Source of the DNA: Basidiobolus meristosporus CBS 931.73 | Lineage: Eukaryota > Fungi > Basidiobolomycota | Direction of reading: 5' to 3' | Assembly: GCA_002104905.1 (NCBI GenBank) | Contig: MCFE01000205.1 | Span: forward strand, 62,001 to 126,000 | Length of the DNA: 64,000 nucleotides | Shown: positions 63,000 to 64,000 of the stretch, piece after piece | Layout of the letters: every line of letters begins with the position of its first letter | How positions within the stretch are numbered: the stretch's first letter is position 1 | Position numbers and translations under genes: made by a program | Notes under the pieces: model-generated | Seen by the model: the letters and a program-made list of their open reading frames with translations, nothing else | Database searches by the model: none | What the model was told of the DNA's origin: nothing

Positions 63000-64000
63000 T
63001 AAAGTTTACTAAACCTTTTGGTTTAGTGTGTGTCCCAATGAAATTAAGAATTCAACAAATCCACTCTAGCTTCTACCCAAGCTTTGCATATCTAGCACTC
63101 TCAAGAAAACCAAGCCTAGCCTGCATAGCAAACCTTAGGGTTAGGGGAGAGAGTCACCAACAGGTGAAATCTTTATTTCAGTTGAAACAAAGAAGCCAGC
63201 GCTACTGTTGTAGCTTTGATACAAGAGTGTGTAGCTGAGGGGAATTTGAAGGTAAGTTAATAAGAAGTGATGATAGTTCTTCAGTGCTCAAGACACTGTT
63301 CAGTGGGAAGGGGGGTAGCAACAGAGGTAAGAATGACTTGTGAACAACATTAATGAGGGGAATGTGATAAGGATTGATATTCATCATAAAGGGAGTGTGC
63401 TGCTGCAGATATTGCTGCCAAAGGTCTGTCAAGTACTTCAGGTAGGCCAGCTTGGGTTTTTCTGACTGCAGAATATAGTGAGCAAACTTCTTGACTTCAG
63501 GATCTCCAAGTATAGTTCTCCAGCAGGAGTCAGGTGTTGTGTGGTGTGTTCTCTTCCAGGCCTTAATCAGTGGGTTGTTGCAGTTGTGAAGTCTGAGGTA
63601 TAATCTGGTTCTAAGGTAGAGAAGTCTGATCTTATAGGGCATAAACCCAAAAGCACCAAGAATAGCATGTCTGTAGGGGCATTCAGGCAAATGAGGCACC
63701 AAGGAGGTAATGCACCATACTGCAAACTTGTCAAGCTTAGTGCAGTCTCTAGAAGTAAGAGAGAGAAGTGGTAAGCCAAATTCCAGGACAGGGAAGACAA
63801 ACTGCTTGAGTAGAAGGAGGCAGCTGGGAGCTGAAGTTGTAGGAGGAGTAACAGCCAGTAGCTTGTGGAGTGCCTGTCTTGCCAGGATAATTCTCTTCTT
63901 CAGGTGTGCTCCAGAGTCTAGTCCAGTAGGAAGGAAAGGAAAGCCAAGATATGTAGCAGAAACCTGAGCAGGTAGAGTGGAGTTCTCCAAGTTGATAGGA
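63000..64000 (-). mobile_element. Non-LTR (LINE) retrotransposon 3' end: RT thumb region and 3' UTR, cut by the window edge
   Basis: ATYLGFPF...LKKRIILARQA...LLKQFVFPVLEFG in ORF 63202-63990; AATAAA about 25 nt after the stop. Confidence 0.8.

Noticed and set aside
63135-63146. TTAGGGTTAGGG telomeric repeat / telomere-targeting LINE
   Set aside because: Only two units, inside the 3' UTR, with flanking sequence continuing.
1-64000. tRNA, rRNA or other structured RNA genes
   Set aside because: None recognised by eye; a tRNAscan-SE/Infernal run would be needed to exclude them.

Overview
Eukaryotic, almost certainly fungal, DNA. Introns are short (about 55-95 nt), GT..AG, with CTAAC/CTGAC branch sites. 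A TE-inflated early-diverging fungus such as an entomophthoralean is a guess only. The window alternates between CpG-depleted blocks of nested transposons (about 1-29400, 34700-48900, 60300-64000) and CpG-rich islands. The islands hold four host genes: a 13-exon F-BAR/RhoGAP, an intronless secreted S8 subtilisin (I9-S8-PA-Fn3), an intronless secreted protein made of seven disulfide-type C-x18/19-C repeats, and an Angel/Ngl-type EEP phosphatase. The TEs are CACTA remnants, a two-ORF PHIS (PIF/Harbinger-related) family with AGACTTGTT termini and ANT target duplications plus its foldback MITE, two Ty3/gypsy families, a Ty1/copia family with a Ty5-type PBS, and a LINE fragment. Three observations stand out. 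(1) A Tf1/sushi-type chromovirus is bounded by inverted U5 ends and a perfect 5-bp TSD instead of two direct LTRs. (2) The seven-repeat cysteine protein lies tail-to-tail with the subtilisin. (3) There is a sharp CpG-decay dichotomy between TE blocks and gene islands. All coordinates and alignments were read by eye; no searches were run.
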